Assembly: GCA_964016885.1 (NCBI GenBank)
Contig: OZ024741.1
Coordinates: 341,186,001-341,250,000, forward strand
From: Eledone cirrhosa
Lineage: Eukaryota
Length of the DNA stretch: 64,000 nucleotides
Reading direction: 5' to 3'
In this document: piece after piece, positions 25,176-38,739 of the stretch
Position numbering within the stretch: the stretch's first letter is position 1
How the letters are laid out: the number at the start of each line of letters is the position of its first letter
The notes under the pieces: generated by a model
What the model was told of the DNA's origin: nothing
Database searches by the model: none
Seen by the model: only the letters and a program-made list of their open reading frames with translations
Translations under genes and position numbers: made by a program

Positions 25176-25749
25176 TGGCATTAATTTCTGATCAAATTTT
25201 CTCATTGGGGTGTTAGCGTAAAAAAACATCTTCCTCGCTTGCCCTGCTGTTGGTTGTTGTTTTTCTACGTCATCATAAATTTCGGCCAATAGTTGCTGTC
25301 ACACTGGCCATTAGCTGTCCCTCCGCCTGACACACTTCAATGAATCCATGCTGGGTTTGGTATTTCACAAGCCCACACATATACACATATACATATATGT
25401 ATATATATACACATATATATATATACACAGACGCACACAACCATAAAAGTAACAACATAAGCGTCCACAGACACCTGTCTACATGCCCACATACATCAGC
25501 TCTCACACACGCACATGCACACGCATACATGCATGCACACATGCATAAATATATACATATATATATGTCCTATACGAGCAAGACAACCAATCTTGCCTCA
25601 AGTGGGAAAATTCCCGTCCAAACCATTCTAGCGTGGAAGATGGACGTTAAATGATGATGATGATGATGATGCAATATACACACAGGTACATAAATACATA
25701 GATGCATCCATAAACATACAAGATGGGCTACTTCACACCACACATGGCA

Positions 25750-27515
25750 CCTGAGTATTTAGTTCCCCAGGGTAGCTCTAAAATGTGTACCCAGGTATTT
25801 AGACCCTACTCAATATCTAAAATGTGTGCCAGGATATTTAGCACTGTAGACTAGCTCTATACTGTGTGCCAGGATATTTAGCACTGTAGACTAGCTCTAT
25901 ACTGTGTGCCAGGATATTTAGCACCATAGAGTAGCTCTATACTGTGTGCCAGGATATTTAGCACTGTAGACTAGCTCTATACTGTGTGCCAGGATATTTA
26001 GCACCATAGACTAGCTCTATACTGTGTGCCAGGATATTTAGCACTGTAGACTAGCTCTATACTGTGTGCCAGGATATTTAGCACCATAGAGTAGCTCTAT
26101 ACTGTGTGCCAGGATATTTAGCACCATAGAGTAGCTCTATACTGTGTGCCAGGATATTTAGCACTGTAGACTAGCTCTATACTGTGTGCCAGGATATTTA
26201 GCACTGTAGACTAGCTCTATACTGTGTGCCAGGATATTTAGCACCGTAGACTAGCTCTATACTGTGTGCCAGGATATTTAGCACTGTAGACTAGCTCTAA
26301 ACTGTGTGCCAGGATATTTAGCACTGTAGACTAGCTCTATACTGTGTGCCAGGATATTTAGCACTGTAGACTAGCTCTATACTGTGTGCCAGGATATTTA
26401 GCACTGTAGACTAGCCCAACAATGTGTTCCTGTGTATTTAGCACTCTAGACTAGCCCAACAATGTGTTCCTGTGTATTTAGCACTCTAGACTAGCCCAAC
26501 AATGTGTTCCAGGGTATTTAGCACTCTAGACTAGCCCAACAATGTGTTCCTGTGTATTTAGCACTCTAGACTAGCCCAACAATGTGTTCCTGTGTATTTA
26601 GCACTCTAGACTAGCCCAACAATGTGTTCCTAGGTATTTAGCACTCTAGACTAGCCCAACAATGTGTTCCTGTGTATTTAGCACTCTAGACTAGCCCAAC
26701 AATGTGTTCCTGGGTATTTAGCACTCTAGACTAGCCCAACAATGTGTTCCTTGGTATTTAGCACTCTAGACTAGTCCAACAATGTGTTCCTGTGTATTTA
26801 GCACTCTAGACTAGCCCAACAATGTGTTCCTCGGTATTTAGCCCCCTAGACAATTCTACAATGCATGCTTGGGTATTTAGCACCATACACAAAATCTAGA
26901 ACATGTACCAGGATATTTAGCACCGTACACAAAATCTAGAACATGTACCAGGATATTTAGCACCCTAGACTAAGTAACTCTACAATGTGTGCTCAAGTAT
27001 TTAGCACCGTAGACAAGCTCTGCAATGTGTGCCTGAGTATTCAGTACCTTAGACTAGCTCTATAATGTGTGCCAGGATATTTAGCACCGTAGACTAGCTC
27101 TATAATGTGTACCTGAATATTCAGTGCCTTAGACTAACTCTACAATGTATGCCAGGATATTTAGTGCCTTAGACTAACTCTACAATGTATGCCAGGATAT
27201 TTAGTGCCTTAGACTAGCTCTGCAATGTGTGCCAGGATATTTAGTGCCTTAGACTAGCTCTGCAATGTGTGCCAGGATATTTAGTGCCTTAGACTAGCTC
27301 TGCAATGTGTGCCAGGATATTTAGTGCCTTACACTAGCTCTGCAATGTGTGCCAGGATATTTAGTGCCTTAGACTAACTCTACAATGTATGCCAGGATAT
27401 TTAGTGCCTTAGACTAGCTCTGCAATGTGTGCCAGGATATTTAGTGCCTTAGACTAACTCTACAATGTTTGCCAGGATATTTAGTGCCTTAGACTAGCTC
27501 TACAATGTGTGCCTG
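25750..27515 (+). repeat. 40-bp tandem satellite, ~44 units in three homogenised sub-blocks
   Basis: Consensus ctagctctatactgtgtgccaggatatttagcactgtaga with variants, and no unique spacers. Confidence 0.97.
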
Positions 27516-28586
27516 GTTAGCCACCCCATTCGCCCAAATATAATAATTTCAACTTACAGTTTGGTTTAGCTGAAGAACATAATTTTTGACACTTCTTGCA
27601 CTGGCTACCCTAAAAAAATTACTAAGCCTGGATTTTCTACTACATAGTCCACACTCACCCACACCAAATCCTGTTACAGCTCTCGTAACACCAAATGATC
27701 CTCTCCACCACTTTGGATATTTCCACTACATTGCTACATGGCAAAGGTGTTTAGTATGTTTTATTGACTGCAGGCAATTGTTATATACTAAGACTTTTTT
27801 CAACATGCTGATGTGTATGTATGTATGTGCATATGCATGCATTTATATGTATGAGTATATAAATATAAACGTACATGCACAGGCACATTCACAAAAATAC
27901 AATCTCTGACATGCATTCACACAAACACACACATACATTCACACAAACATACACATGCATTCACACAAACACACACACATGCACAGTATAACAAATGGAA
28001 TGCCAGCCGCTATAGTTTTTTCACCACCCTCTGCCTTCCTTTTACATACATACATTCATGCAGGCAGCAGATGTAAAGATAGAGGAGTAGTATGAGGTAG
28101 TCAAACTACTCCTCTCTCTTTACGTGTTGTGACAGAATCACAGAAATTTATATGTATATTTAATCTAATTATACAAATCTGTATAAAACTGCAACTCTTT
28201 AAGGTTCAGTAATGTGCCTCTCTGACTTCTGTCCCTTCAGTGGCTGCCTAGTTGTCCTTAACGGTAGTACCAGACCTAGTTTTCATTGTTGCCATGACAA
28301 CATATCACTCATGTCCTGAAATTCGCCAACACTACACCTGATATCCCACCTCCATACATACGCACACATGTATATCATGACTCATACACTGTTCACTTTC
28401 CTAACATTTGAGCATTATTCTATGTACTATACATGCACCTTTGATGAGTTGTAGTGCACCTGAGCACTGTACACAATCATTTCATTATTAGCATTATTAT
28501 TATATCAAGTCAAACAAAAATTTTAAAAAAATAAATATCAACAAACAGACATGAATAGTTGTGGTCCAGCATGGTGAGATACTTAC

Positions 28587-28722
28587 TGTAAACATGAATT
28601 GGGATCTGTACATAGGCAGAACTGACAGAGTTGATGGCTTCAACTGTTGCTATGTAGGCACCGGGTTCCATATATACATGACTAACATTCTTCTTCCATG
28701 TCAACAGAGGTAGACGTAATTT
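28587..28722 (-). CDS. SORCS: SorCS-like exon D (PKD domain 2, second half)
   Basis: Acceptor ttttttctctatcaAG and donor GTaagt. Encodes KLRLPLLTWKKNVSHVYMEPGAYIATVEAINSVSSAYVQIPIHVY (H.Y..PG.Y...V.A.N.VS). 136 nt, phase 0 to 1. Confidence 0.88.
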
Positions 28723-29125
28723 CTTGATAGAGAAAAAAACACACATACATCATATATTGAGTTCTTCTGAAGAGGCATAAAGACCACCACTTCGACCTAT
28801 ATTAAATGAAATTGTTATATTTTTACTATACAAAAAACTGAGGCTACAAACTGCCTGAAAACACTCCTGCTTCTATGATACAAAACTGTTTGTTTCAACG
28901 TGCTTAAATTTATCTTAAATGATTTTATGTAAGAACCTTTATTATGTTCCAAACACCAGATAAATATTGAGAAAGTTAGTATATTAGAAAATCCCTCCAA
29001 ATTATTGAATATTTTCACAATTATTTGAAAATAGTAGGCAATGGCCCCAGCATGGCCTCAGCCGGATGGCTGGAACAGGTAAAAGAGTAAAATGTTTTTC
29101 ATTAGAAATATGGTAATGAAAGGGT

Positions 29126-29346
29126 TTAACCCTTTAGCATTTACATATATATTATTGTATTTTCATGATAAAGGCTTTATCTCACATAATTATCTCACAC
29201 GATATCGAATCTACGATATTTTAATATCATTTATTTTGGAAGCAATGCCTCAATGTCAATATGAGTGGCTGGTTACGGCCAGTTTAACCAGAAAGAGGAG
29301 AGAGAATTCTGGCCAGATACAGCCGGTTTAAATGCTAAAGGGTTAA
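29126..29346. mobile_element. piggyBac-type MITE (relatives at ~20180-20397, 39600-39810, 39946-40159)
   Basis: TTAA|ccctttagcattta ... taaatgctaaaggg|TTAA. Confidence 0.8.
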
Positions 29347-29704
29347 ACTATACTGTTTATACAAAACAACAAGTGTGGCGTCTCTGTGGATACTTAATGT
29401 GCTAGAAATAGCAGCCATGTGGTTTGGGACATGACTCACTGCACAAAACCTTGTGAAACTATCACCATACTCTTGTGATGATAAATACAGTGAACTAGTT
29501 ATTGCCTGACATGGCTGTGTTGTTAAGAGGTTCACCTCGTAAGAATTGAATTTGGTGAATAGAAACATTGTGGAAGCCTATGAAAGGAATAGTTTCTTTT
29601 CTTGAATGATAGACTTAACCATTTTATTCCCATATTTCTATTGAAAAACATCATCTATTGTTTTCAAGTAATTTTGAAAATAATTAATAGATTTAGTAAT
29701 GACC

Positions 29705-30105
29705 AAGAGAATACAATTACAAATACAAGTGGCTGAAATGGGATTCCTCTGAAGGGTCTTTGGAGTAACGTTACTCAATAAAGTGCATAACTCAGAGATC
29801 AGAGTGTTACTCAAGGTAGAGTTGCTACTTCTCCAAATTGAGAGATCACAGCTGCAATACTATGGCCATATGGTTAGAATGTCTCAGGAAAGAATCGGTG
29901 GACAGATTTTACGGGCCAAACCAACTGGCAAGAGGCCCAAGAGTAGATCCCAAGCAAGATAGTTGGATAACATCCATGAGCTTAAATGGTCACGCTTGGG
30001 GATCCAGCCAGATCAGGTGGAGAAAGTTGCTTCTGACAGGTCTCAGTGGATTGAGGACTCTGCCCCCATGACCTTCTCAGGAATAAGTGGGCAAAGAAAA
30101 AGAAG
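29705..30105 (+). mobile_element. RTE-like LINE 3' fragment (relative at 42425-42677)
   Basis: Decayed QL..YGH..RMSQER..QIL.A.P.G....GRPR.RW. Confidence 0.7.
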
Positions 30106-30504
30106 TAATATAACTCTAACTTTCTCATTATTAAACTGGTGAACATGAGATAACAACAGTTTTTAAATAAAATTAAGAAGGAATGTTTTCAAATAAATAT
30201 AAAAATGCTTACAATTCCTGTCAGAAGAAAGGATCTGATCTTTAGATCTAAACAAGAAAACAATGTTTCCTTAGTATTTCCATTACTGATACTCAAAATA
30301 CACAGAGCAAGACCAGATACTACAAAACATACCATCCAACTCTTTAATACTCCTCTTGCTGGATTTGTATTTTATCTATCAGCCCTCAAAAGGATGAAAA
30401 GCAAAGTTGACTTTGGTGGGATTTGAACTCAGAGCAGGTTGAGCTGAAACAAATGTCAAGGCATTTCACCTGACGATCTAACAACTCCCCACTCCCCACA
30501 TATA

Positions 30505-31905
30505 CACACAGAACCCCTCACACACACACACACAACCTCCTCAATACACACATACACAGAACCTCTCTCACACACAAGACCCCCTCTCTCACACACACAG
30601 AACCTCTCTCACACACACGACCCCTCTCACACACACACAGAACCTCTCTCACACACACAGAACCTCTCTCACACACACGACCCCTCTCACACATACATAG
30701 AACCTCTCTCACACACACACGACCCCTCTCTCACACACACAGAACCTTTCACACACACACGACCCCTCTCTCACACACACAGAACCTCTCTCACACACAC
30801 GACCCCTCTCTCACACACACAGAACCTCTCTCACACACACGAGCCCTCTCACACACACACAGAACCTCTCTCACACACACAGAACCTCTCTCACACACAC
30901 GACCCCTCTCACACATACATAGAACCTCTCTCACACACACACGACCCCCCTCTCACACACACAGAACCTCTCACACACACACAACCCCTCTCTCACACAC
31001 ACAGAACCTCTCTCACACACACGACCCCTCTCACACATACACAGAACCTCTCTCACACACACAGAACCTCTATCACACACACGACCCCTCTCACACACAC
31101 ACAGAACCTCTCTCACACACACGACCCCTCTCACACATACACAGAACCCCTCTCACACACACACAGAACCTCTCTCACACACACAGAACCTCTATCACAC
31201 ACACGACCCCTCTCACACACACACAGAACCTCTCTCACACACACAGAACCTCTATCACACACACGACCCTCTCTCACACACACGACCCCTCTCACACACA
31301 CACAGAACCTCTCTCACACACACAGAACCTCTCTCACACACACACAGAACCTCTATCACACACACAACCCTCTCTCACACACACGACCCCTCTCACACAC
31401 ACACAGAACCTCTATCACACACACGACCCTCTCTCACACACACGACCCCTCTCACACACACACAGAACCTCTCTCACACAAACAGAACCTCTCACACACA
31501 CACGACCCCTCTCACACACACACAGAACCTCTCTCACACACACGACCCCTCTCACACATACATAGAACCTCTCTCACACACACGACCCCTCTCACACATA
31601 CATAGAACCTCTCTCACACACACGACCCCTCTCTCACACACACAGAACCTCTCACACACACACGACCCCTCTCTCACACACACAGAACCTCTCACACACA
31701 CACGACCTCTCTCACACATACACAGAACCTCTCTCACACACACAGAACCTCTCTCACACACACAACCCCTCTCACACACACACAGAACCCGTTCACATAC
31801 ACACAGAACCTCTCTCACACACACAGAACCTCTCTCACACACACAACCCCTCTCTCACACACACAACCCCTCTCACACACACAGAACCCGTTCACATACA
31901 CACAT
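30505..31905 (+). repeat. Compound (CA)n-derived minisatellite (units acacacagaacctctctc / acacacgacccctctc)
   Basis: Seen directly. It produces spurious CV-rich ORFs. Confidence 0.95.
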
Positions 31906-32285
31906 ACATAAAAATAAGACAAGAGTTATTGAGAGAGTTTTCCTTTACCTTGTCACACATATACACGCAAAACCTCTCTCACATACACAAAACCCCCTCA
32001 CATACATACACACACACAGAGGACCCCTCTCATACACACACTCACAGAACCTCTCTCACACACACAGACCCCCCCCCCCCCTTCATACACACATACACAG
32101 AATCCCTCTCACATACACACATATACACAGAACTCCATACACACACACATATATGCACAGAATCTCTCTCACATACACATAGAACTTCACATATACATAC
32201 ACAGAATTTCTCATATACACACATAATCTCCTTCATGTACACGCACACACAAATAAGACAAGAATTATTGAGGGTTTTCCTTTAC

Positions 32286-32428
32286 CTCGTCACCAAAATG
32301 CCAGACGTAGTGGACATCACCAATATTTGATGTTGACATATGCCTGCCACTTACAGCAGTATGGAACGAAGCAGGATGATGGGTCTGTACACCATTAAGA
32401 CTCTCTACATTGAATTCTTCAATTTCAT
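32286..32428 (-). CDS. SORCS: SorCS-like exon C (PKD domain 2, first half)
   Basis: Acceptor ttccAG and donor GTaaag. Encodes (D)EIEEFNVESLNGVQTHHPASFHTAVSGRHMSTSNIGDVHYVWHFGDE, with the Y.W.FGD PKD motif. 143 nt, phase 1 to 0. Confidence 0.9.
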
Positions 32429-32685
32429 CTGGAATTGTCAACATAAAGAAAGAATATTTATTGAACAATAAAATGTTGTCAGACTATGAAACATCTTTGT
32501 ACATATAAATATTGTAACTCTTAACGCCATGTAGCACATGAAACCACATTAGCAAAACATTCTTGAAATATACAAAGCAGCATTGTGACTGAATCAAGAA
32601 AACAGTCTGTACTCTAATACTGTAAATTTCCACAACAATTTGTTTACTCATAAAGACATTAGAAACATATGAATTAACAGACACA

Positions 32686-32917
32686 TTTTGTAAATATTTT
32701 AAGAGATAATACTGCAAATTTTCATAATGATATTATAAATATTTGGATTACCGAACCTGTTTTGTAAATATTTTAAGAGATAATACTACAAATTTTCATA
32801 ATGATATTATAAATATTTGGATTACCGAACCTGTTTTGTAAATATTTTAAGAGATAAAACTACAAATTTTCATAATGATATTATAAATATTTGGATTACC
32901 GAACCTGTTTTGTAAAC
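32686..32917 (+). repeat. 74-bp tandem repeat, ~3 copies, inside a TTAA MITE
   Basis: Units start at 32686, 32760 and 32834. Confidence 0.9.
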
Positions 32918-33277
32918 ATTTTCTGCTAAATCATAACAGGATGTTAAGAGTCAAATCATATTTCTTTACTCAAAACAATGCAAACTTGATAATCTTTACA
33001 GTAGTTCATCTATTTAAAAAATTCTGACAGTTAGTTGCAGGTTAGAGATAATGCATATCTAATGTTAATTTATTTTCACCTCCTACACTTCAACATTTTG
33101 CATATATATGACTTTGGTACCTGAGAAACAGTACAACTTAAGATATGGATTGAAATTGTACAATGCAACTAAAATAAAGTATAATATAAACGTTGAAAAA
33201 ACAACGAAACTGCTTAAAATATTTATGTATTTGTGAAAGATTATATTAGCAAACTGAAGTGGATATTATAGTTAATA

Positions 33278-33851
33278 CTAGCAGAATGGCCCGGCGTTGC
33301 TCAGGATTCTAAACATAGATTGGCATGTTTATCCCTCCTTTCGGAAACAGTTTCGTCGTATGTTCACCAATTGATGCAGAAGTCCTAATAAAAAGTGAAG
33401 TCGCCTTGGGTGAATAGGCAAATAATTTTCCATTAAGATTTTTCAAAAGCATGTAATTGCATTCCCTCTCTTTTTTTTGTTGTTGTTTTTGCTGCTGTTG
33501 GTGTGATAGCGGTCATTGGTCGTACTACTAAAGTATCGTCCTTCATCAGTCAATCGTGTATATCCCCTTCTGCCTCGTCAAGAATGAGAACAATATTTGC
33601 TCTAGGGTTCTTATATATTTGATATATATTTATCCTTATCGAGCCTCGTGAAATAAATACGTTTGTTTATATTTTGTTATTGTGTATGCAAAAATATCTG
33701 TACACGAATATATAAATATATATATATATATATTAAAATAACAGATTAAAGTTTAAGCAAAGAATCGCTGCTTTCACCCTTAACAGGATCTTCTGAAACT
33801 AAAAAAAATCAATCTGTGAACGCAAAAGTAAATATTTCTAAAATAGTTACA

Positions 33852-33891
<40 letters not shown>

Positions 33892-34968
33892 TATATATAC
33901 ATATATACACACACACACAGATAGTGTCATAATGTCGAAATGCAGACAGCCAGACATACAGACAGATATTATAAGGGCGCAACATTATAGCTATCTAATG
34001 CGGTCTCTAGGGCAATGAAAATTTGAAATATCTTTTGCTCAAAACACTCACATGACCATAAGTATTACATGTGTAAAGTTTGAAAAAAATCGGTTAGTTG
34101 GTTCTCGAGATTTAGGGACTAGCAGAATGGCCCAGCGTTGTTCGGGATTCTAAACATAGATTGGCATGTTTATCCCTCCTTTCTAAAACAGTACAGAGAA
34201 GTACGGAATACCTCAGCCTCAGGATGGTGTCTACATTTTGTGCTTATAAAAAAAATTTGTCGAAGATTACCACGGTTTTTTTCCATGCAAAGAAAATCAA
34301 TACTTTATCGCAAAATAAATACTTTTGTTTATATTTTGTTATTGTGTATGCAAAAATATCTGTACACGAATATATAATTATATATATGTATATATATATT
34401 AAAATACAGCCTGCCCACCCAGCCAGTGGGATGGTGTTATCTTATGGCTAAAACAGCACGACGTGCTGTGACCAGCGGCGCCGATTGGCGCCTGACAGAC
34501 TGGTCGGTCAAGGTGATCAAGGTGATATTAAAATAACAGATTAAAGTTTAAGCAAAGAATCTCTGCTTTCACCCTTAACGGGATCTTCTGAAGCTAAAAA
34601 ATTCAATCTGTGAACGCAGAAGTAAATATTTCAAAAAACGTTACACACTATATATATACACACATTATATATACGTATATACACACATACACACACATAT
34701 AGCGTCATAATGTCGTAATGCAGACAGACAGATATTATAAGGGCGCAGTGTTATATCTATGTATCTATCTAAAAAGAAAGACTAAGAATTATAGAGAGAG
34801 ATCACTAAATCGCCTAATGCGGTCCCTAGGGCATTGAAAATTTTTCTCAAAACACTCACAGGACCATAAGTATTACATGTGTAAAGTTTCAAAAAAATCG
34901 GTTGGGTGGTTCTCGAGTTCTAGAGAGTCAGACAGACAGTCAGACATTCTCTGTTTTAGATATATAGA
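33278..34968 (-). mobile_element. Non-autonomous Helitron, head-to-tail dimer
   Basis: Minus strand A|TCtatata start at 34968 and ...gagcaacgccgggccattctgCTAG|T end at 33278. A second CTAG end lies at 34119, and a (GTCT)n tract lies near the 5' end. Confidence 0.85.
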
Positions 34969-35614
34969 TGAATCTGCTTAACATAAATGAGAAAACTATC
35001 TGGAAAAAAAAACAGCACAAAACAGTAAGTATTATATAACAAAAAAAAACCTATTAAAATTAGTGCAATATAAACAACTATCTCACATTCACTAAGTAAC
35101 TCATACATTATACTGCTTCTTATACCAACCTACCTCTCTCAAGGAGTTCAATGGAGAGTATAAAAAATGTTTTTTAGCAGATCTGTGTATCATCTATTCT
35201 GCTTGATGTATCGTTATCTAACAGTATTCAATATTCATATGCAAGCTCCTGTAAGTTGATATCAATTAGTTAATCTTGCGATATATGTATATATGTATGT
35301 GTATGTATGTATATACATGTGTACATGTGTGTGTATTTATATATGTGTGTGTATACATGTGTGTATATATGCACGGAGACATAGAAATAATTGGGCTGGA
35401 TACCTGATCGTGCAGTTAAACCACTGGGAGTGAAGGACCCCTAGCCTTTGTCAGGGGCTCAGTAGTTACTGATGATGTTGTTCTTTTCTTCTTTTCAGGT
35501 TATAGCTACTGTCGCTCAGAGAGTGGGATTGGCTCAGTGCAGTCTTTCCTTACTTTTAAAAAAATCTTCATGCACAAGCATTGCAAGATAGCATTAATTA
35601 ATAATTATTAATAA

Positions 35615-35799
35615 TTGTTTCTACTTTTGGCACAAGGCCAGCAATTACCCAGTGCATTACTGGTACTTTATTTTATCGACCTCGTAAGGATGAAAGGCAA
35701 AGTCAACCTCGGCGGGATTTGAACTCAGATCGTAAAGGGACGTAACTATGCTGGAAAGCATGGCGTCCAACCCTCTACCGATACTGCCAATCCACCGCC
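35615..35799 (-). mobile_element. tRNA-derived SINE (family 2) nested in the (ATGT)-tail element
   Basis: Flanked by the duplicated sequence taataattattaataat, which is single in the empty copies at 21330-21345 and 22155-22175. Confidence 0.85.
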
Positions 35800-36018
35800 T
35801 TTAATAATAATTATTAATAATGTTATATCGTGCAATGGCCATCCTCGATAACGAGGAGCCAGCCATCATGTATGTATGTATGTGTGTCTGTCTGTGCGTG
35901 CGTGTGTGTGTGTAGTTAAAAAATAAACAAGGTAAACACAGATGAAAAAACAAAGTCTTATTCAGTTCACGGTTATATACATCACATTATATTACATTAT
36001 ATTGTATATGGTTGTTAC

Positions 36019-36109
<91 letters not shown>

Positions 36110-36126
36110 GATGCTATGAAACCAAC

Positions 36127-36313
36127 CTTCAGCATGCACCAAACACTTTGTTGTTGCAGAACCATTAGCATTCTCAGCTTTCACTGATACAGTGTAACTG
36201 CCATGGCTGAAGTATCTATGGCTCATCTCTCTGGACAAGATATCTGGGCCATGGAAGTACTGGATGGTGCCGTCTCCGAAGTCTATAGTATAATTTGTAG
36301 ACAACACAGAACC
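36127..36313 (-). CDS. SORCS: SorCS-like exon B (PKD domain 1)
   Basis: Acceptor tctacAG and donor GTtggt. Encodes GSVLSTNYTIDFGDGTIQYFHGPDILSREMSHRYFSHGSYTVSVKAENANGSATTKCLVHAE, with the PKD signature DFGDG...H.Y...G.Y.V.V.A.N. 187 nt, phase 0 to 1. Confidence 0.92.
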
Positions 36314-37819
36314 CTGTAGAAAGAAAAATGATAAAATACTTAACTATTTCTTTACCATATTTCTAAAAAATATACACAAATCATTTTGAAAATAATCAAA
36401 AATTTGGAGGTATTTAGTAATGTAATATAAGTTTTGCATTATTAAATTGGTGTTTGGAACATAACCTAATAAAGGTTCTTATATAAAATTATGATAAATA
36501 TAAACACTTTAATCCTTTTGTTAATGTATTTCAAATGGAAGAGACTACCTATAATTTTTAATTAATACAAGTCATAGGATAATAAAAATCAATGAAAATA
36601 TAAATTTATTGTTCTTATATGAGGACAAATTTTGTAGCCTGAATGATTGTTTCTATATCAGAAGTTTTGAAGGGGTTATAGTTTTGATGAAGAAAATAGC
36701 ATCAGTATCTCTTTTGATACCAAACCACCCAAAATTGCCTCATGTTTTATGATATTAAACTTTGTTTTAAAGTGTTGATATTTATCTAAAAACCTTTCAA
36801 CATAATTTATACAAGAACCTTTGTTAAGCTATGTTGCAAACTCCAAATGGCTAAATGTTAGTAGAAGAGCACTCAGGAGTCATGACTTGGATGTGGCCTG
36901 GTCCCCTTAGAATGTAAGAAGTTAAGGGATGAAACACTCGTTTGAGGGGGTTTCTTCTCTGAAGACTTTCTGCTGTCCAGCCCTCCTGAGAGTTATATTA
37001 CTAAATCCATCTAAATTCTTGACTATTTTCAAAATTAGGTATATGGTAACGAAATGGTTAAAGATCGATTTAGTGATAGACAGCTAATTATCACATATAT
37101 CAAATAGCAATATATCTTTTAGCAGACATTGAGCATAAAGAAATGTGAAATATTGTAGACCCATTAATTTTACCAATAGGCAACACTCCTTCCTCCCTCC
37201 CACACACTACTAAGTCCTATATACCTTTTATACAACTTGCTTTCATGCTTTTGTATTGTCATGTATAAACTGGATCAATAAATTTTTATTTCTCTTTTAT
37301 GCAATGTGTTCTCTATTTATAGTTATTTTTTTTTATAAATCCAGTGTTTATATGTATTTCAATACCTTTTGTGTACTATAGTAAAAAGAAAATCACTGCA
37401 CGTATTGTTTTTGCAATCATCATCGTCATCATTTAATGTCCATTTTTCATGCTAGCATAGGTTAGATGGGTTGTCCCAGGTGACTGTGTCTTGCTCATAT
37501 AGTACTGTTTCTACGGCTGGATGCCCTTCCTAACACCAACCACATTTACAGTGTGCGCTGGGTGTTTTTTGTCATGATTCCTACACGAACACTTTACAGT
37601 ATGTGCTGGGTGCTTTTTATCATGATACATTATATATATGGCCTCAGCCAGATGGCTGGAACAGGTAAAAGAGTAAAAGAGTAATATATATAGTAGTTAG
37701 GTATGTCATGGTAGTTACAGGTGGTTTGCCAGTCAGAGCACTCAATGCAGTTCTAAAAGTCCATCACGTGTGGGATTTATACTTTTGTATAGCTATGGGC
37801 TAAGGGCAGCTGTTACGTG

Positions 37820-38064
37820 CAGAGTGTAAATAACAGTAAGCAGAAACAATGTCTCAAGGTTGCATTATATACAAAGTTAACTCATATAGGATAATTATTT
37901 TGATATCGATTAACTCAAGGTGCAATCACATCCATGAAGAGTTAGGCTCCAGTTATCATGATGACACCTTGAGCTAACTGATATCAAAACAATTGTCATA
38001 TGTGAATAAGGTTTGTATATGATTCAACCTTGAAACTTTGTTCTTACTTACTTTCACAGCTCTG
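37820..38064. repeat. Imperfect foldback (MITE-like hairpin)
   Basis: Nested pairs tcaaggttg/caaccttga, atatacaaa/tttgtatat, ttttgatatc/gatatcaaaa, ctcaaggtg/caccttgag. Confidence 0.75.
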
Positions 38065-38432
38065 TATATACACACACACACACCCTTATATTAACATACT
38101 TTAGTTCATAGCTTCGTACTTACAAGCACACACACACTCTTTTATTTACATATACACACATTTCTTCGTATGGACGTATAATAACACACACAGACACATA
38201 CATGCATACGTACAAGTATAGCTCTTTATACAAAACGTTTTTTTTTTCTATTTCAGGTAGATATACTACATTCTCCACTTTTCTAAAAAAATATATAAAT
38301 CATACACAAAACGCCAGCGTCAACAGTTCTCCAAGAGATGTCAACATGAATGGACCTGTTATTTTTATCTAAAGACATTTTTTTCCAATTCCACTCTGCC
38401 CATCCCTTCAATCTATTTTATTTCTCATTCTT

Positions 38433-38468
38433 TCTTCTGATGAAGGACTAGCGTCCAAAACGTTAAGA
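38433..38468 (+). ncRNA. Minimal type I hammerhead motif with G12A lesion, in a Penelope-like 3' remnant (~38070-38556)
   Basis: tctt CTGATGA a ggac-tagc-gtcc AAAA cg TT aaga. Confidence 0.65.
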
Positions 38469-38739
38469 CCCTCTGCCTGCTATTTCAAGTGTCAACCTAA
38501 TATATTCCTTCCATATACTGTACTGATTGTGTTGTTATTTCTGTTTACCTTTTACATATATATATATATACATACACACACAAATACATACACACATACA
38601 CACCCTATGTTTCTATGTGTAGTACAACTTTAGTATAAGACCCATGTTTCTAAAGCTAAAAGAAAACAGAAGAAATGATATCCTTGTGTATAAAACTATG
38701 CCAAAGTACTGCTATGTCTATGTAATATTATTTTCTGTA

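Noticed and set aside
25750-27515. CRISPR-like array
   Set aside because: Units are contiguous 40-mers with no unique spacers, there are no cas genes, and the context is a eukaryotic intron.
30518-32330. CV/HT-rich ORFs
   Set aside because: Translations of a (CA)n-based minisatellite. The same applies to ORFs at 20.7-21.3, 41-42.3 and 44.4-45 kb.
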